A stretch of 57,538 nt of DNA, filler included, from Sphacelaria rigidula (GCA_964200075.2; 6 parts of 6 records of this genome joined end to end with filler, not necessarily neighbours in it), one strand, 5' to 3'. Shown: positions 11,392 through 24,500, counted from the first letter of the whole stretch. The notes: a model not told the origin generated them from the letters alone. Program-made: numbers and translations.

Positions 11392-13292
11392 GCACCCCCA
11401 AAGCGCGTTGGACGAGAATCGAGCAACAAGCTTGACACTCAGAATAATAATGCCAAAAAGATTGAGCAAGCCACAATTGAATACCAACCTCACGCGTAAT
11501 GCGAGCAGTAATGGCACGAGTCACTCGCACCTTGCGCAACTCCTTTTTGAGAAATTCCGGAGCGGCCTCAAAAATACTTTTCAAAGGCTCCCATGTACGC
11601 TCCTTGACTTCAAAATCTACCCAGTCGACCAACACGATCAACGAACGATCCTCTGCCTCTGCCACGCGAACAATCCCAGCCATCTGAAATTGCCCCTGGT
11701 TGAAGGCGTGCTGAAACACGTCCTTCACGTCTGCTGTTACAATATGCTGTGAGTCTGCATTAAAACGCAGACGAGCTACATGGGCGGTCTGAACACGGCC
11801 CGAAACAATGTCCTGGATCTAAAAGACATGCGGGTGATGAGCACCGACCACTCTCCACGGATCAGTCCAAGTCGCCATCAATTTAGGTGTAGCTCCCGGG
11901 CGACGCACGCGTGCATACAACACATAATATCTACCTCGAAATTCGGCAATTCCAGCCCCGACGAAGACCCCTCACGTCTACGCGCACGTTCAGCGGTAAC
12001 ACGCTCCTGCACTTGAACGTGGAAAATTTTCTGCTACTCCAAGACTCCTTGCAACGCACGCTTCGGTGGCGCATCGTCTAAGACATCACAGTTCCACTCC
12101 CCCGCCGATGAGGCCGCTAAAACCGAGAAAGACGTCCGAGGTGCACGGCCAAACCTCACGTGATACGGCGTACTATCGTACCGACGGCGATATGCTGTAT
12201 TCAGCGCCCATTGCACAGCGAGCAACACGTCTACCCGCTCGGTCACCTCTCGACGCTGCTCGAGAAGAATAGATCGAAGAGCACGAACTACTTCCTTGAC
12301 CATGCGTTCGCACGTACCGTTAGACCACGGAGAATACGCTACCGCAAACTGGTGATCAACGCGCAAAGCCTCCCGCAATCGGGCCAAGATCTCATTCTTG
12401 AAATGTGGGGCGGTATCACTTAACCACACACGGGGCACCCCCAAAGTTTTGCACCAATTCAGCAAAGACGTAGCAGTCGATTCAGCAGTACACACTGCTA
12501 CTGGTTCCAGAGCCACAAAGTTGCTCAAATCATCCATGATTACCAAAAATTATCGGAACCCAGCATCCTCTGACAAACCTTGGGAAGCTAGCAGGCCACT
12601 CTCGCCCACGTACAAGAAGTCAAAATGAACGACTTCATTCGGCGTGGTTCCATGGACCGTTTCACCGAGCGGGCGGGGAACAACATCACTCGCTCTCGAA
12701 TCAGCACAGTGAAGATACTGTCGGACAAACTCGCTCAGGTGAGTTTCCATTCCCTGGCAAACACAAAACTCTTGCAAGCGCACGAGCGTCGCAGCCACAC
12801 CACGATGCCCGGCACCGCGCATGTGCGCACAAATCATCAAACGTATGTGCAATTGTTTGTCGGAGCTGGGAATCCACAACACGTTTCGGCCACGTACATG
12901 CACACGAAACAAACCTTCATTGTCCAAAATCGCAGTACCAACATCCGACTCGAAGGATTGCAGATCCGCATCAGTGGCTCCATGTTCTTTCCGTTGAGCT
13001 TGGCGGACCACAGATTTCGACGACATCGAATCATCCGCTTCACACGGACCAGATACAGTCACATTTCGCGCGAGCATAGTGGGAACATTGACCCAGCGGG
13101 ACAACAAGTAACCCCACGCGTTCCGTTCACTCGAAATATGACAAATCGTGTACCGATACACACCTAATGCACCTTTCCACCCTTCCAATCGTTGTGCCAA
13201 CGCCTTCGACACAGACGTCACGCATGCCTCCGGGTTCAAAATGTACGCTAGCTTACGATGATCGGTGAAAATGTGCACGCCATTCCACAATA

Positions 13293-13842
13293 CAGTAGTG
13301 GGCGGTTTAACTATTCAGCGGGGTTTTGGGGTTTTCCTCGCGCTCTACTCTTCGATAGAACTAGAAATTGCTAGCGTCGGTAGATTTTGGTACAATGAAC
13401 AGATGATCCTCAGAACACAGCGCCCAACTCAGTGCTAGTTGGTGTTATCGGGCGAAACGAGTAAATACCCCGTTCATCAGGAGGGTGCTATTGGCCGTGA
13501 AACACAGTTTTTCGGCTCTAGTGCAATGAGTAGGCAAAATATTCAAAAAAATAAAACTGTACATTTTTTTAGAAGTATGATCGGGACAGGCTCGATCGAC
13601 CGAAAATACCGAAGAGTGAGAATCTGGGCTGAACCGTCGCAGGACCCCCGATGACCGGTCAGCCCGTAAGCCACTCAATATTGAGTACAAATATTTTTTT
13701 TTCTCGGAATGTGGAGCGGATACAAATATCTTCAGATACCCAATGTGATGAGCGGTGGCAAGCGAAAAAGAGCCCGAGAAAATCACCAATTACGAAGAAT
13801 CACAAAATATCTCAAAATAAATAGTTAGACCGCCCACTACTG
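13293..13842. mobile_element. 550-bp Tc1/mariner-type MITE inserted in Gypsy RNase H
   Basis: 23-bp TIR cagtagtgggcggt(t/c)taactatt with 1 mismatch and a TA duplication; removing it restores RRLKHL-LWNGVHIFTDH. Confidence 0.95.
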
Positions 13843-14671
13843 TAGATGCTTGAGACGACGAAAAGTGCTAACGATCGCAAAAACTTCCTTGTCAATGGCT
13901 GCCCCACGAACGCACCTGTGAACCCTTGAAATTATCACTAAGAAAAGCCAGCGGTTCATGCGTCATGTCTTCAACCGGCAACCGTTGTTGCATTTCTGCA
14001 TAAGGCACCTGCGTTACAAAACTACCCCAATGACACTCGGATGCATCCGGAAACATCAGCACCTGGCAACCGGGGTGGGGATGGAACAGCGTCACGGCAT
14101 GAGCCACCAGATCCTTCGCTTCCGCCCATGCCTGCAGCCTCTCCTCCGTCCACGATGCGGGCGGAATAACGCGGTTTTTAGCCACCCGCTTCGTGCGCCT
14201 TGCAGCCCCCACCATGAGTACTTCTAGGAAAACGCACAAGGGCACCACGAAGCATTGCGCGCTCAACAGGTCTATCATGTCGGATTCCTGATTGGGCATG
14301 ACACCCGGCGATTTCTCCACCTGATCATTGACGGCTCCGTAATCGCTGACAAGACGGAAAGAGTGCTTCTTCGGCACCGCCATCGCTGGACTTGACCACA
14401 CCGCCTGTGGATTCCTGAACACCAACCCAAACGCCACAAGAGCTCCCATGCAAGAAGCTAACCAACTGGACTTTACCGGATCTTATCTCCTCAGTTTTGC
14501 CTTCACCGCGGCCATCCCTGGCTTCAGTGTAACCCTCATGGTTTCCACGCGCGCAGGAGGATCACCCGTCAGCGCACGACGAAACGTCTTAACGTGGCGA
14601 TACAATATGCCACGCAAGCGCTCCGCTTTCAACACGTTGAGGCCATTTGCCACAGCATCCGTCACGCTTTC

Positions 14672-14925
14672 GAGTCATCCTACGATAGGGGGGGGGGGTG
14701 ATTTGATTGCACGAAAAACGAGGCTCAAAAGGGTGTCAGACAACCTGTCACACTCGCGGTGCGCTTGTATTTGGTTCAAAACGTTGTCAATCGGTATGAA
14801 CGAGCTTTATATATCTATAACAAGCTCGTTCGAGCAATCGTCGCTCCTTTCAACGACGATTTGACTTGGAATATTGTGCAAGAAGTGGCCCAAAATACCC
14901 CCCCCCCCCTATCGTAGGATGACTC
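14672..14925. mobile_element. 254-bp MITE (GAG...CTC termini, TTTC TSD) inserted in Gypsy pol, Sola-like
   Basis: TIR gagtcatcctacgatagggggggg; tttc on both sides; removing it restores AALEE-SVTDAV; inverted sister copy at 41409-41671. Confidence 0.92.
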
Positions 14926-15713
14926 TTTCCTCCAGCGCAGCCATTCGCGCAGACTCCTCTTCTTCCGGCTCCATAAACATATCGGGGCCATGCTCCACTG
15001 AGCGTTCCACCGCCTCATCGCGCTCCTCGGACACCTGCCCCCCCGCCTCCCGGAGAACATCAACCGATAAGCTCACTCTGCGACTGGCAAAAAAAGCAGG
15101 CGTCTCGACACTCGAACCGGGCAACGGCATTTGCGTTTCAGGGACTCTAACAGCCGGTCATACGGGTCGACTCCGAGTTCCCGAAGCGTCGGTAAGCGCA
15201 ACAGAACGACACCATCCGTCCCCGACATGATCGCAAACGATATCGGGGGTAATTTCGTTGGCCCCCAGGTCGTCCTGAACGCCAACTGTAGGGGAATCGT
15301 ACGCTCCGTGACATTTACACGTTGCCCCCATCCGGTGATGGCCTGCCGCGCCCCGAGCGAAAACGGAATGGGGGTATGCTCACCAGGCAGTAGACGCTCC
15401 AGCATCTCCGCAATCAGTACCGACACGCTCGTGAAATGGGCGCCTGAAATTAACACAGCGTTAACCGATATGGCTCCCCGCGCTCGTCGATTTGGGAGAT
15501 ATAACTCTGCAGGAATATATTTTTCTTGATACTCGACCGGCACCTGCTCCGCCGACTGATTTGCCGTGATCCCCACTTGGCGCCACGGCTGCGCGTGCGG
15601 CGCAGGCATAGACGCCCGCGCTGGGGGAATCGGCACCGCCGGCGGGTACGAAGCCCCGCCTGCAGAACCAAATTGCAGCGGTTCTCCGGCCTACGTAGCA
15701 GTGGATACAAATT

Positions 15714-16848
15714 TCAGCTGAAATCCGGCCGGCTCAGCAGCAGGCGTCTCGCCTTGCTGTGCTGCCCGCGGCGCCGGCACCGAGCCCGACACTTGAGTGG
15801 TCGGTCCCACCTGCACCGCCCGTTACGGAGCAGCAGCCCCTGCGGCTGAGCCGGACCCAGAACCGGACCCCTGCTGACGCCGTTGCCCCTGCTGCTGCTG
15901 CTGCTGCTGGGACCGGAAACTCGACTGCACACCTCCACCGCTGGAGGATCCGCCTCCGCCACCACCCCGATTACCTTTTCCTCCTTTGTGATTGCGAGGG
16001 CGCGCGGCACTTGTCTGCCCAGACTCCCCCTCAGAAGGCGTTGGGCACTTGCTTGCGTAGTGGCCTACCTGGCCACACTGAAAGCAAGTGATATCGGCGA
16101 CGGCACTGCCTGCGGATTTTGATCTGCGGTTACGCGAGCTCGAAGACTGCGGCGACGAAGTGGATGATTTCCCGAATACTTCAATCTTCCGCCATGCCTG
16201 AGCCTCAGCCACCACGGTATCCATAACTAAGTACGGGTCTGACTTCCAATTGGTTTCGTGCTGTCATTGCACAAGCACGGCCTGTTTGAATCCCGCCGGT
16301 GCCAGACCCTCCACCATCGCTTTTGTGATCACCGCAGCGGGCCCTAGACGGAATTTCCCATCGGAGGAACGATAAACCATCTCGACGTCGGGATTTTCCG
16401 AAAAATATGTCTCCAACTTTCCCATGATTGACTCCATCCTCTCACGCATGGTCTTCTCCTTGTGGTTCATGACGACAGCCTTCGCCACGGCCGCGAACGC
16501 CTGGCTAAGCTCTACCTCCGCGCCAGCCGCATGCCCTGCATGCTTTTTGATCGCTGCAGCCAATTGCAGCGGCGTTGTTGTGTCCTTTTCATGGAATCTT
16601 CTTGCAAAAACGCGTTGGAGGGGGGTAGGCACGAGGTGCGCCATGAAAACCACCTGAAGCCTTACGGTACCCCCCGCTTTCGCATACTCCACCCGCTTCT
16701 TGTATTCCACGTATTTCGTATAAAACGAAGGAGAAGCACACTCAGAATACAAATTCCGGTAACTGGGAGGCCGCAACTCTTCTCTCAGAACAACTGGGTG
16801 TACGATCGTCTCCGCTGGCTCTTTGGCCGGTACCTCTGTAATCGACAT
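15714..16848 (-). pseudogene. gag: Gypsy gag with CCHC zinc knuckle and in-frame stops
   Basis: ORFs 16264-16848 and 15823-16224 are in one frame; motif CFQCGQVGHYASKC; Gln/Gly-rich tail. Confidence 0.85.
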
Positions 16849-17146
16849 TTCCGAGCGGACCTAGTCGAAGGCTTCTGAACCTTCTCGAACTGCACAGTAC
16901 ACACCTGCCTTCGTCGCCGCACCACACAGCCGTGGGGTCCTATAAACTCCCGCTGCACGCAGCTCCAGCAAGTGTCCAGTCTGGATCAATCACGGGCCGG
17001 CTGCCTTTGCAGCTGCCTCAGCTTGAAACCTCCTCACGCGTCCGTGAAGCACTGTGTCCGAAGCTGTCCAGACTCCTCTCTGCTGAAAAAATTCCAGCAG
17101 TCACTGATGATAGCACAACTAGCACGACTAGCACTAATATCGATAT

Positions 17147-17405
17147 TGTGACGCCAGCAGCTTGCTAGTACTGCAGCGTCTAATGCTGTTGAGGGGCTCC
17201 CCAGTTCCACTGGCCTCAGGTTTCAGTTGTTAGCCTTCACAAGACCTCTTGTTATCCTGGAGAGCCATACAGGCACATGCTCCATGAACCACATCAGGGT
17301 ATCACCCCTGTGTCCATGTCATCATCCATATCATCACTACGAATCCCAAGTCATCATCCAATCATCACTACTATATACTCGACGTGGCGGCGTGATTTCG
17401 TCACA
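17147..17405 (-). repeat. 5' LTR of the Gypsy element
   Basis: tgtgacg...cgtcaca (TG...CA ends, 7-bp terminal inverted repeat). Confidence 0.95.
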
Positions 17406-17967
17406 AGACACAAAATATATGTTTTTACCCAAAGAGAGCAACATTTTCAGTAGCCCTTTAACCACAAGGTGATTTGTTGATCGGCGTCGTCTCACCGAAA
17501 TATGGGAGTGTGAAACCCCGATCGGTCACCCTGCCGGTCAAAAGACTAGCTAAGCACGCTCAATACTCGTAAGCTTCAGCTAAAAAATGAAACAGTGAAG
17601 GAGCAGGATTAGAGTAAGGAGTCCAGCGCAGTTAGGTGGGAGTCAGAGAAACGACTGGTCACAAGTATGTACGCAGTGAGATTTTGAAGAGCAAGAAGCC
17701 TTTAAGCCGAGCGATGGTGTCGGGCCCAGCGCCAGCTACCGTACAACCGTGACCCTTGAGCAATCCCTCGCACATGACCTCAGATGACCTACGCAATGCA
17801 CCGAACATGGTGTTGAGGGCCCGCATGAACGCAAAATACATATGGCACAGGAAGTAGGGATTGGTGCTGGAGAACACCCGACCGATATTGATAAACGTGC
17901 TCGTATGTGCACATGTACATACGCGGCCATTCGGCTACCCCATAATAGTCCTCTGTCGCGACTTTCA

Positions 17968-18262
17968 TCCTCTCGAGAGTAAAATACCCTCTCGAGGGTA
18001 AAATACCCTGTAGAGGGTATTTCATTCCCAGGTGCGGTCATAAACGAATCCTCTGGAGCGCATCTGATGATCCAGTGACTTCTGAGGTCTGAATCCTTCG
18101 AGAGTGACAAAAAACGACGGTGCTCTGGAGGGCCGCGCATCCTCCGAATTCCTCCGGGGAATGTGCGGCCCTCAAGAGGCAAAACAAGCCTCTGGGGGCG
18201 TTTGATCCCACCCCTCTGGAGGGCCGCGCACACTCTGGAGGCGTTTACTTCCTCTAGAGGCT
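17968..18262. repeat. Cluster of short ctct(c/g)gag motifs and 19-bp tandem repeats
   Basis: ctctcgag(a/g)gtaaaatacc x2-3 at 17970-18020; ctctggagggccgcgca at ~18123 and ~18214, plus several partial copies. Confidence 0.75.
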
Positions 18263-19115
18263 CGAAAAGTTGACCGGGACAGAGTATTTTGGGGGTAGCC
18301 GAATGGCCGCGTGTGAATCATGTGTGTCTTCGCTTCGGTGAGCAGCTGTCGTTGAGTATATACACTTTCCAAGGCAACAGAGGATTCTAGCGCAACAAAT
18401 TTCGGTTCTGACCGGGCTACTATCATAGCAGTTTCTCAGACTAGAGCTAGCCACAAAAATCTATGAATTCTCCCGAAAATCACGTGCAAAATCCAAAGAA
18501 AAACGGTATCTTCGGAGGTTGTTTGAAAAATCGATAATCCTACCGCACCTTAAACTGTGCCCACGAACGATTAGAAAAATTGAAAAGCCAAGCAAATCTT
18601 CCCGAGGAGGCACAACCCGCCAAGGTCCGTATCGCGGCAAAAATCGGCGCTGAATCACCGAAAGAGAAATATATTTGAGATTTTTTCCGTAGTACCACGA
18701 GACGGGCTGCAGTAGTTTTCAGCTTCATCCGAGAGTTGTCGTAAGTTTTCGTCGTCAGCGATTTCAAAGAGCTCTCTCGCGTGCCACCGCTCATTCCAGT
18801 GAACGTTTGATCCCGAAGTTGGGGATCGAGAAACAGTAGGCATCCGCTACACGTTCCGAAACAAAACTCGTCTCTGTGCACAATAGTGAACGACGTACGG
18901 GTGTAGTTGACAGGAGTTGTTCCTGGCCATTTTTGGTTCAAAATACATTTTCCTTTTCGTCTCTAGCGTAATGAATAGGGGAAACAAATAGAAAGGGTTG
19001 TGTGAAATTGTTTGCGAGAGCGGTCCGGCATGGTTCACCCCCCCCTTCACCTCTAGACTTTTGGGCTGGCGTCGAGTGGCAACGGCGCTGTAAAACAAGC
19101 CACCAAAACCTGGAC

Positions 19116-19215
19116 NNNNNNNNNNNNNNNNNNNNNNNNNNNNNNNNNNNNNNNNNNNNTTAATTAATTAANNNNNNNNNNNNNNNNNNNNNNNNNNNNN
19201 NNNNNNNNNNNNNNN
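19116..19215. other. Artificial contig linker
   Basis: Same 100-bp N/TTAATTAATTAA structure. Confidence 0.97.
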
Positions 19216-19659
19216 TAAAATCGTGAGGAGCCACTGAACCAGACAAAATTTCGCGAAAAAAGTGCACCCCTACCGTAGCATTGCTTACGCACGTCCTTTG
19301 ATCAACTAGAAAAAACGATCGAGGCTTTTGAGTAGGTGGTCATCTTTCCCTTGATCAGACGATTAATAAGGTATGCGGATCATGGTCCGATTCGACGGTG
19401 TCGGTGGGATATGGTGTGAGAGCTTATTATGAACCCGTTTTTAGGTTGGCCCAATAACTCGTGAAAGGGGGAGGCAGACTACAATAGACAAAAAAAGAGA
19501 CGAGCTAGAACAGTTGTACGTACGGACTCGAACCAACGTCAACCACACAGCATGATCTTACGATCAGCGTGATCTCTGAGCTAACGCGTCAACTCTTCGT
19601 GGTAGCGTAACCGAGTAGAAGTATCTAAACATCGCATCTTCCTTCCACGGTGCCTGCCT

Positions 19660-19860
19660 ATTTTTTACCGTGAAGAGGGTTCATCGATCCCTTTCCCTTG
19701 TCGACTGTGAAGTCGAACTTTGTGTGCCCTCGACATATTTGCTCTCCCCTAGTGAGCATGATGCGAGAAAATATCCCAGATGATGTGACGTCACCGAGCT
19801 TCGAACCCGCGTCCTACGCAACCGTCAGAAAGGTTCAAGGGTACCAACTGTAGTCCATCC
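19660..19860 (-). mobile_element. tRNA-derived SINE (family 1)
   Basis: On minus, A-box-like cagttggta and B-box gggttcgaagc, followed by a body that matches the plus-strand fragment at 34305-34425. Confidence 0.75.
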
Positions 19861-21539
19861 GCAATTTGCAAAATCACGTGTTAAATGGTTACCATTATTT
19901 CCGCATCCGAACCGTTACCGTTACCGAGCAGATGCCGTTCTCCCGGTCCTCTCCTATATCTAGATCGATACCAAGCAAATCACATTCTCCCATTCTCGTT
20001 CAAACAATCACTTCGCTAATCAAATGCGGCCATTCCTGTGGGTTCTCATTATTATAATTTACCACCCAGACCAAATACCGCGCAACTAAATTACTCCCAA
20101 TCTCTGTACAGTAACGCAGAGTGAACTCCTCTGCTCATTCAACATAACGTTACCCGAGTAGGGCAGCAGTACGTGGGTACGACATATATATGCCTCACGT
20201 ACCACTTTAGATTTGAATACCCAACGTACCACTTTAAATTCCATTGCTTATTTTTTATTTGCAATTCTTGAACTTCAGTTTTCTTCTCCGTTTTATTTGT
20301 CCTTCTTTTCTTCTTTCTTCATGTATCTAGTTGGATACCGTCTGTTTTTCAAGTTTTTCTTCAATACCCTACTTCAGAGAACCCTTCTAGTCGGTGAACA
20401 CGCTCGCACTGTAGCACTGAAGCGTGAAGCGCTGGAGTACCAAAGCACGTAAGCACCATCGCACACCGAAATACACACGACAAAAGGCAGCCAATCATGA
20501 GCGAAGATGGAGCTGTTGGTGAAGGCCCCGACAGTGGAGATCGTGAAGTGATTTTGTCTGCTTCGGTGAGTCCTCCCGCCAGTGCGTTGATGGTAGTGCT
20601 GCTGCAGCCACACTTGCTGCTGACGGTCGTGTTGTGCCACAACATGGTTCTGAGGTTGATTCCCGTACTAATGAGTTTCAGGGTGGCACGTTATTGTCCA
20701 AATATTACTGTGTATTACGAAGGTGTGCTGGTTCCGGTACCAATGGGTGCCAGGGTGACCAGTCACCATCCAATGTTTCCGTGCTTTAAACACTGACTGG
20801 TTCCAGTACCGATGAGTGCGAGGGTGATCAGGTACCATCCGAAACTTACCGTGCATCAACGTGACGGCTGGATACCGTGGTAACCATTACCAACCTCAAA
20901 AATGCATACCGAAGTGAACCTTGGTTCTTGTTTTACTAATTTATCATGCACTCACTATTCGTATATATTATTACTGTACTTTATTAGATTCGTTCTTTCC
21001 TCCCTATTAATTTAGTTTTTACTGTTTGATTATACATGTTCTTTTCGTTTCTTTTTTTCCTTCCAACTTGACTCATTCTATTTTTGTACTTTATTTCTTC
21101 ATTTAACTTAGTTCATTTTCCTTCTTAATTTCTCTCTTGTATTTCATTTTTCTTCATTTTTTCCTACACCTACTTTACCCCCACACACATTTAAAGGGGG
21201 CACTCCACCTCCGGCGCCGCCTCATTTTGTATAGGATTTACTATGGGATCGGTTTCATACGAGTTCGTATGGCATTTGGGGGAGGTGGGTAGTAATCTAG
21301 TACCCTACCCCCCCCCCTTGGAGGTTCAAAATAAAAAATGAGTACGTAGGTGTAGGGAAAAAAATCGTGCACCCTTGGGTACCCGATTGTGATATCATGT
21401 ACATGGTTACACTAGCTCCAGCGTATTACTATGAGGAATATGGTACATCATTTTCTGTATCTTCTTCTGATAACATTCCAAACCACAGGGCTTGAGTGCT
21501 GTATGGGTTCGACGGCCGTCGAGTACCGATTATCTGCAA

Positions 21540-24500
21540 TCAATCGCTACATATACATGTCAGAGTACGCTGTAATACGAGCACGGCGCTGGGGGCTAGC
21601 CCCGCCTCTTGTAGACTGTGCCCAAAATCCAGAAGTGGTTGGCGGGAAAAGGGGGAGCGCAGTTGAAAGCCAATTCTCTTGCCAATAGCTTCGCAGCGGG
21701 ATCCACCTCCTGCAGATGTGGCCACGTCCGTTTCACTGTCCACGTTGCCCGCGGCCTGCAGTGAGACTTGAAGGTACAGGTCCTCAACCGTGTCCTGAAA
21801 TGTATCGACCACCGAACGCGAAGAGGATCGGATACAGTATAACGACACAATGTTACACCACGGCTTGAACGAGAACGTGTCACGACTAGGCTTAGCTATC
21901 GGTACTCACTGCTATACCGTTGTACAGTATTACCAGAACGATGCAAAATCAATATCGTATCGTGTTGGTGACTGACACTGATAGACAGGCAGTCTGCCGT
22001 CACTAGCTATTAAAGGTACGACATACGTCGATGCGTATCTCTGTTGTAGGTGGTGCGCAGTACTGTAGTACAGTGCAGTAGGTTGTCATGGTGCCTGAAA
22101 TTACTTCACCCAAGGCTCACCCCACAATTAAAGTATTTTACGTGAAAGACATTGCGAGTGCTTGCACATTAGCAACACGTTATTTGTGTGACCAGACGCT
22201 CAGTCTTCCGAATATATATTACACTTTTGTTGGTGCCTTGTATATGCGTGTCTTTCACACTCGCGTGATGGTTGATTGTCTTTGTGTCCTGTACGAGCTT
22301 CGCGCCGAAATTGTGCAAGGACCCTGTGCACGCAAGCTGAGAATTCTTCACGGAACCAGCCGAGGTTTTTTGTGAACCGAATTATGACTTTTTGGTTTTT
22401 CCTCGGAAATGTTTTATCGCTTCAACATTTTTTTTCTTGGCTGCTTCAGCAACTTTTCGCCCAGCGACACATGAAAATAGCATCGTTCTTCACTACCGAC
22501 AAAAAGCCGTAACATCACAGCCATTGGCTACTATCGGGAGGGCAAGTTTTGCAACGAATTCCAGGCCTCTCGCATATTGCAGTTATCTGGTAGAGTGTAT
22601 GATACCTTGGTGCTCATTTGTAAGTCCATCGTCTTTTCGGTCGGGGGTATTCGCACCCTCACAATCACAGGCTTAGCTCCGGCTTTGCCGCGTATGCGAG
22701 GACTGTATGCCACCAGCGATGGCAAACTTTGTTTTTCCATTCTTCGACTGCGCTGGAGGTTAGCTCGAGGATACATCATTCGTTGAGAACCCTCTGAGGA
22801 GTGCAAAAGACGAAACAAAAGCAGCACATAGGTCACCGTGTGAAGCGCTCCACTATGTGCAACATTCCGTGACACAATACCGGACAGATTATTGCAACTA
22901 CAAAATACTCTGTCACCCCTTGCACGTGGTGCATACCTCATTGTATCAGAAGTTAAGTTTAGACAGGTCTGCGTTCATGTGGCGCCAAAACGACTGTTCC
23001 CCGATACTCCAAAACAAGAGCATAGTCAATATATCCATGGAAAGTCACCGCGGGCAGTACATAACCGCCGTCTACAAGTAAGCATCAGCTGAAGAGGACC
23101 CACCACCTGTCTCCATTATCTCTGGTAACGGGCTAGATCTTCTCGAGGATTTCTTCTCCGCATGTTTCATTGCTGTGTGCCGAAGACGCCCGTTTGGTCC
23201 AAAGCTGTCTCCTCCTAGCCGTCGCCCTTTGCCCGGGAATGCAGGCATGACAGATTCCTGATGACCATGTGGGGCAACAGTGGAACTCTTCATATGCCTG
23301 GAGAAAACTCAGGACAGCAAGCCAAGAGACGATTATGTTACCCGACGAGGTGCAGGAGGCAAACCGCACGGGGACCATGTTGCGCAGAGATCACTTCTCA
23401 CCGGAGACACCCCTCTCTCTATACTCTAGGCGGTCTGGTTGATTTGACGCGGCACGCAGCTTGGGCGATCTGAAAATTCAGTTCAAAACACCGCGATCGC
23501 TCCACCGCCAGAACTACGAGCAATCGCGTTGATGAACAATCAATCTGAGGCACCTTAGATCGGTAGCGCGGATGTATAGTCCATCTGGGTGGGCCTCTTT
23601 GAGCTCAGAAGGGAAGAAACCGTCCCTAAGATCTGCCACGAACGATCGCGTTGCTCGCTCGGAGTAAGGTCGAACATTGCCGTGGTTCACCTACCAGAAG
23701 CGGGACGACCGTAGCGCGCCCGCACTGGTTTTATTAGTAGCGATGTGTGTCAAGAGGCGTCAATTTGACCAGCGCTGAAAAAAGCTACCCCGCTACAATG
23801 CCCATCACCATGGTCGACCCTCCTACACGAACTGTAACAATGGGTCGCCTCAACTTCCCCTGTTGAACGACGAGACGCGCAGCCATGCTATCTTGCAAGG
23901 TGTATACTAATAGTTCATCCTGCTGCGCGTAAGGGGACATGCAACCTACCACGATTCCATCCGCATAGAAAACTAGATGTAGACAAGACGCAGCTTGAAA
24001 TTGAGCTCCATGGCCACGACGTCTCCGCACCACACGTCGTCGTCCCTCAGAACTGATGGCCAAGTTTAGCTCCTGCCGTTCAGTGTCCAAACAAATTGCA
24101 TGCGGTGATTATGTTTCGTCACCCAACATTGTAAGCTTCTTCAGTGAAATGCCTTTCATATTATTTACTGTTCTGTCAAGTCCAATTCTCGAAAGAGTGG
24201 ATACGAGGTCAATCATCGCTGTCCCGGGAAATGTCAATGGCTTTTTCAATATACATATATCAATGTCTACGTTCACGCCCACGCACTTGTATTTTCTCCA
24301 TAATGTTTCCCAATGACTGCGGCCACTGCCCTCGCACCTCATGACAATCTGGACCTGGATACGACGAACGGCGGTCACATGTATCGTTACATCTTAGACC
24401 TCGAGCTCAGCTTCAAGGATCGTGCATCAAGCTGCAGTCGAGACCTAGACGTTGGCCATATGATGAACGCAAGCATGATGAACGCAAGCACACCCAGCAC

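Larger units (their letters stand above)
11460..15636 (-). pseudogene. pol: Gypsy pol remnant: protease, truncated RT, RNase H, integrase, chromodomain
   Basis: VNAVLISGAHFTSV (decayed protease DSG); WSSPAMAVPKK..FRLVSDY (RT N-terminus); FPDASECHWG and IFTDHRKL (RNase H); AHMRGAGHRG (HHCC); VHFDF, LSDTA and NGTCERM (DDE core); VLVDWVDFEVKERTWEPL (chromodomain). Multiple stops and frameshifts. Confidence 0.93.
11136..17405 (-). mobile_element. Two-LTR, decayed Ty3/Gypsy LTR retrotransposon with a chromodomain integrase
   Basis: Two ~257-bp direct LTRs; domain order gag-ZnK-PR-RT-RH-INT-CHD on the minus strand; flanks agtc/agac resemble a mutated 4-bp TSD. Confidence 0.95.

Noticed and set aside
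11216..11752. 178-aa plus-strand ORF and other antisense ORFs over the Gypsy element
   Set aside because: Shadow frames of the LTR and pol, with no recognisable motifs
17120..17175. Classical Tf1-type self-priming
   Set aside because: No ~11-nt complement of the post-LTR sequence was found in the LTR; only a 7-nt tgctagt match
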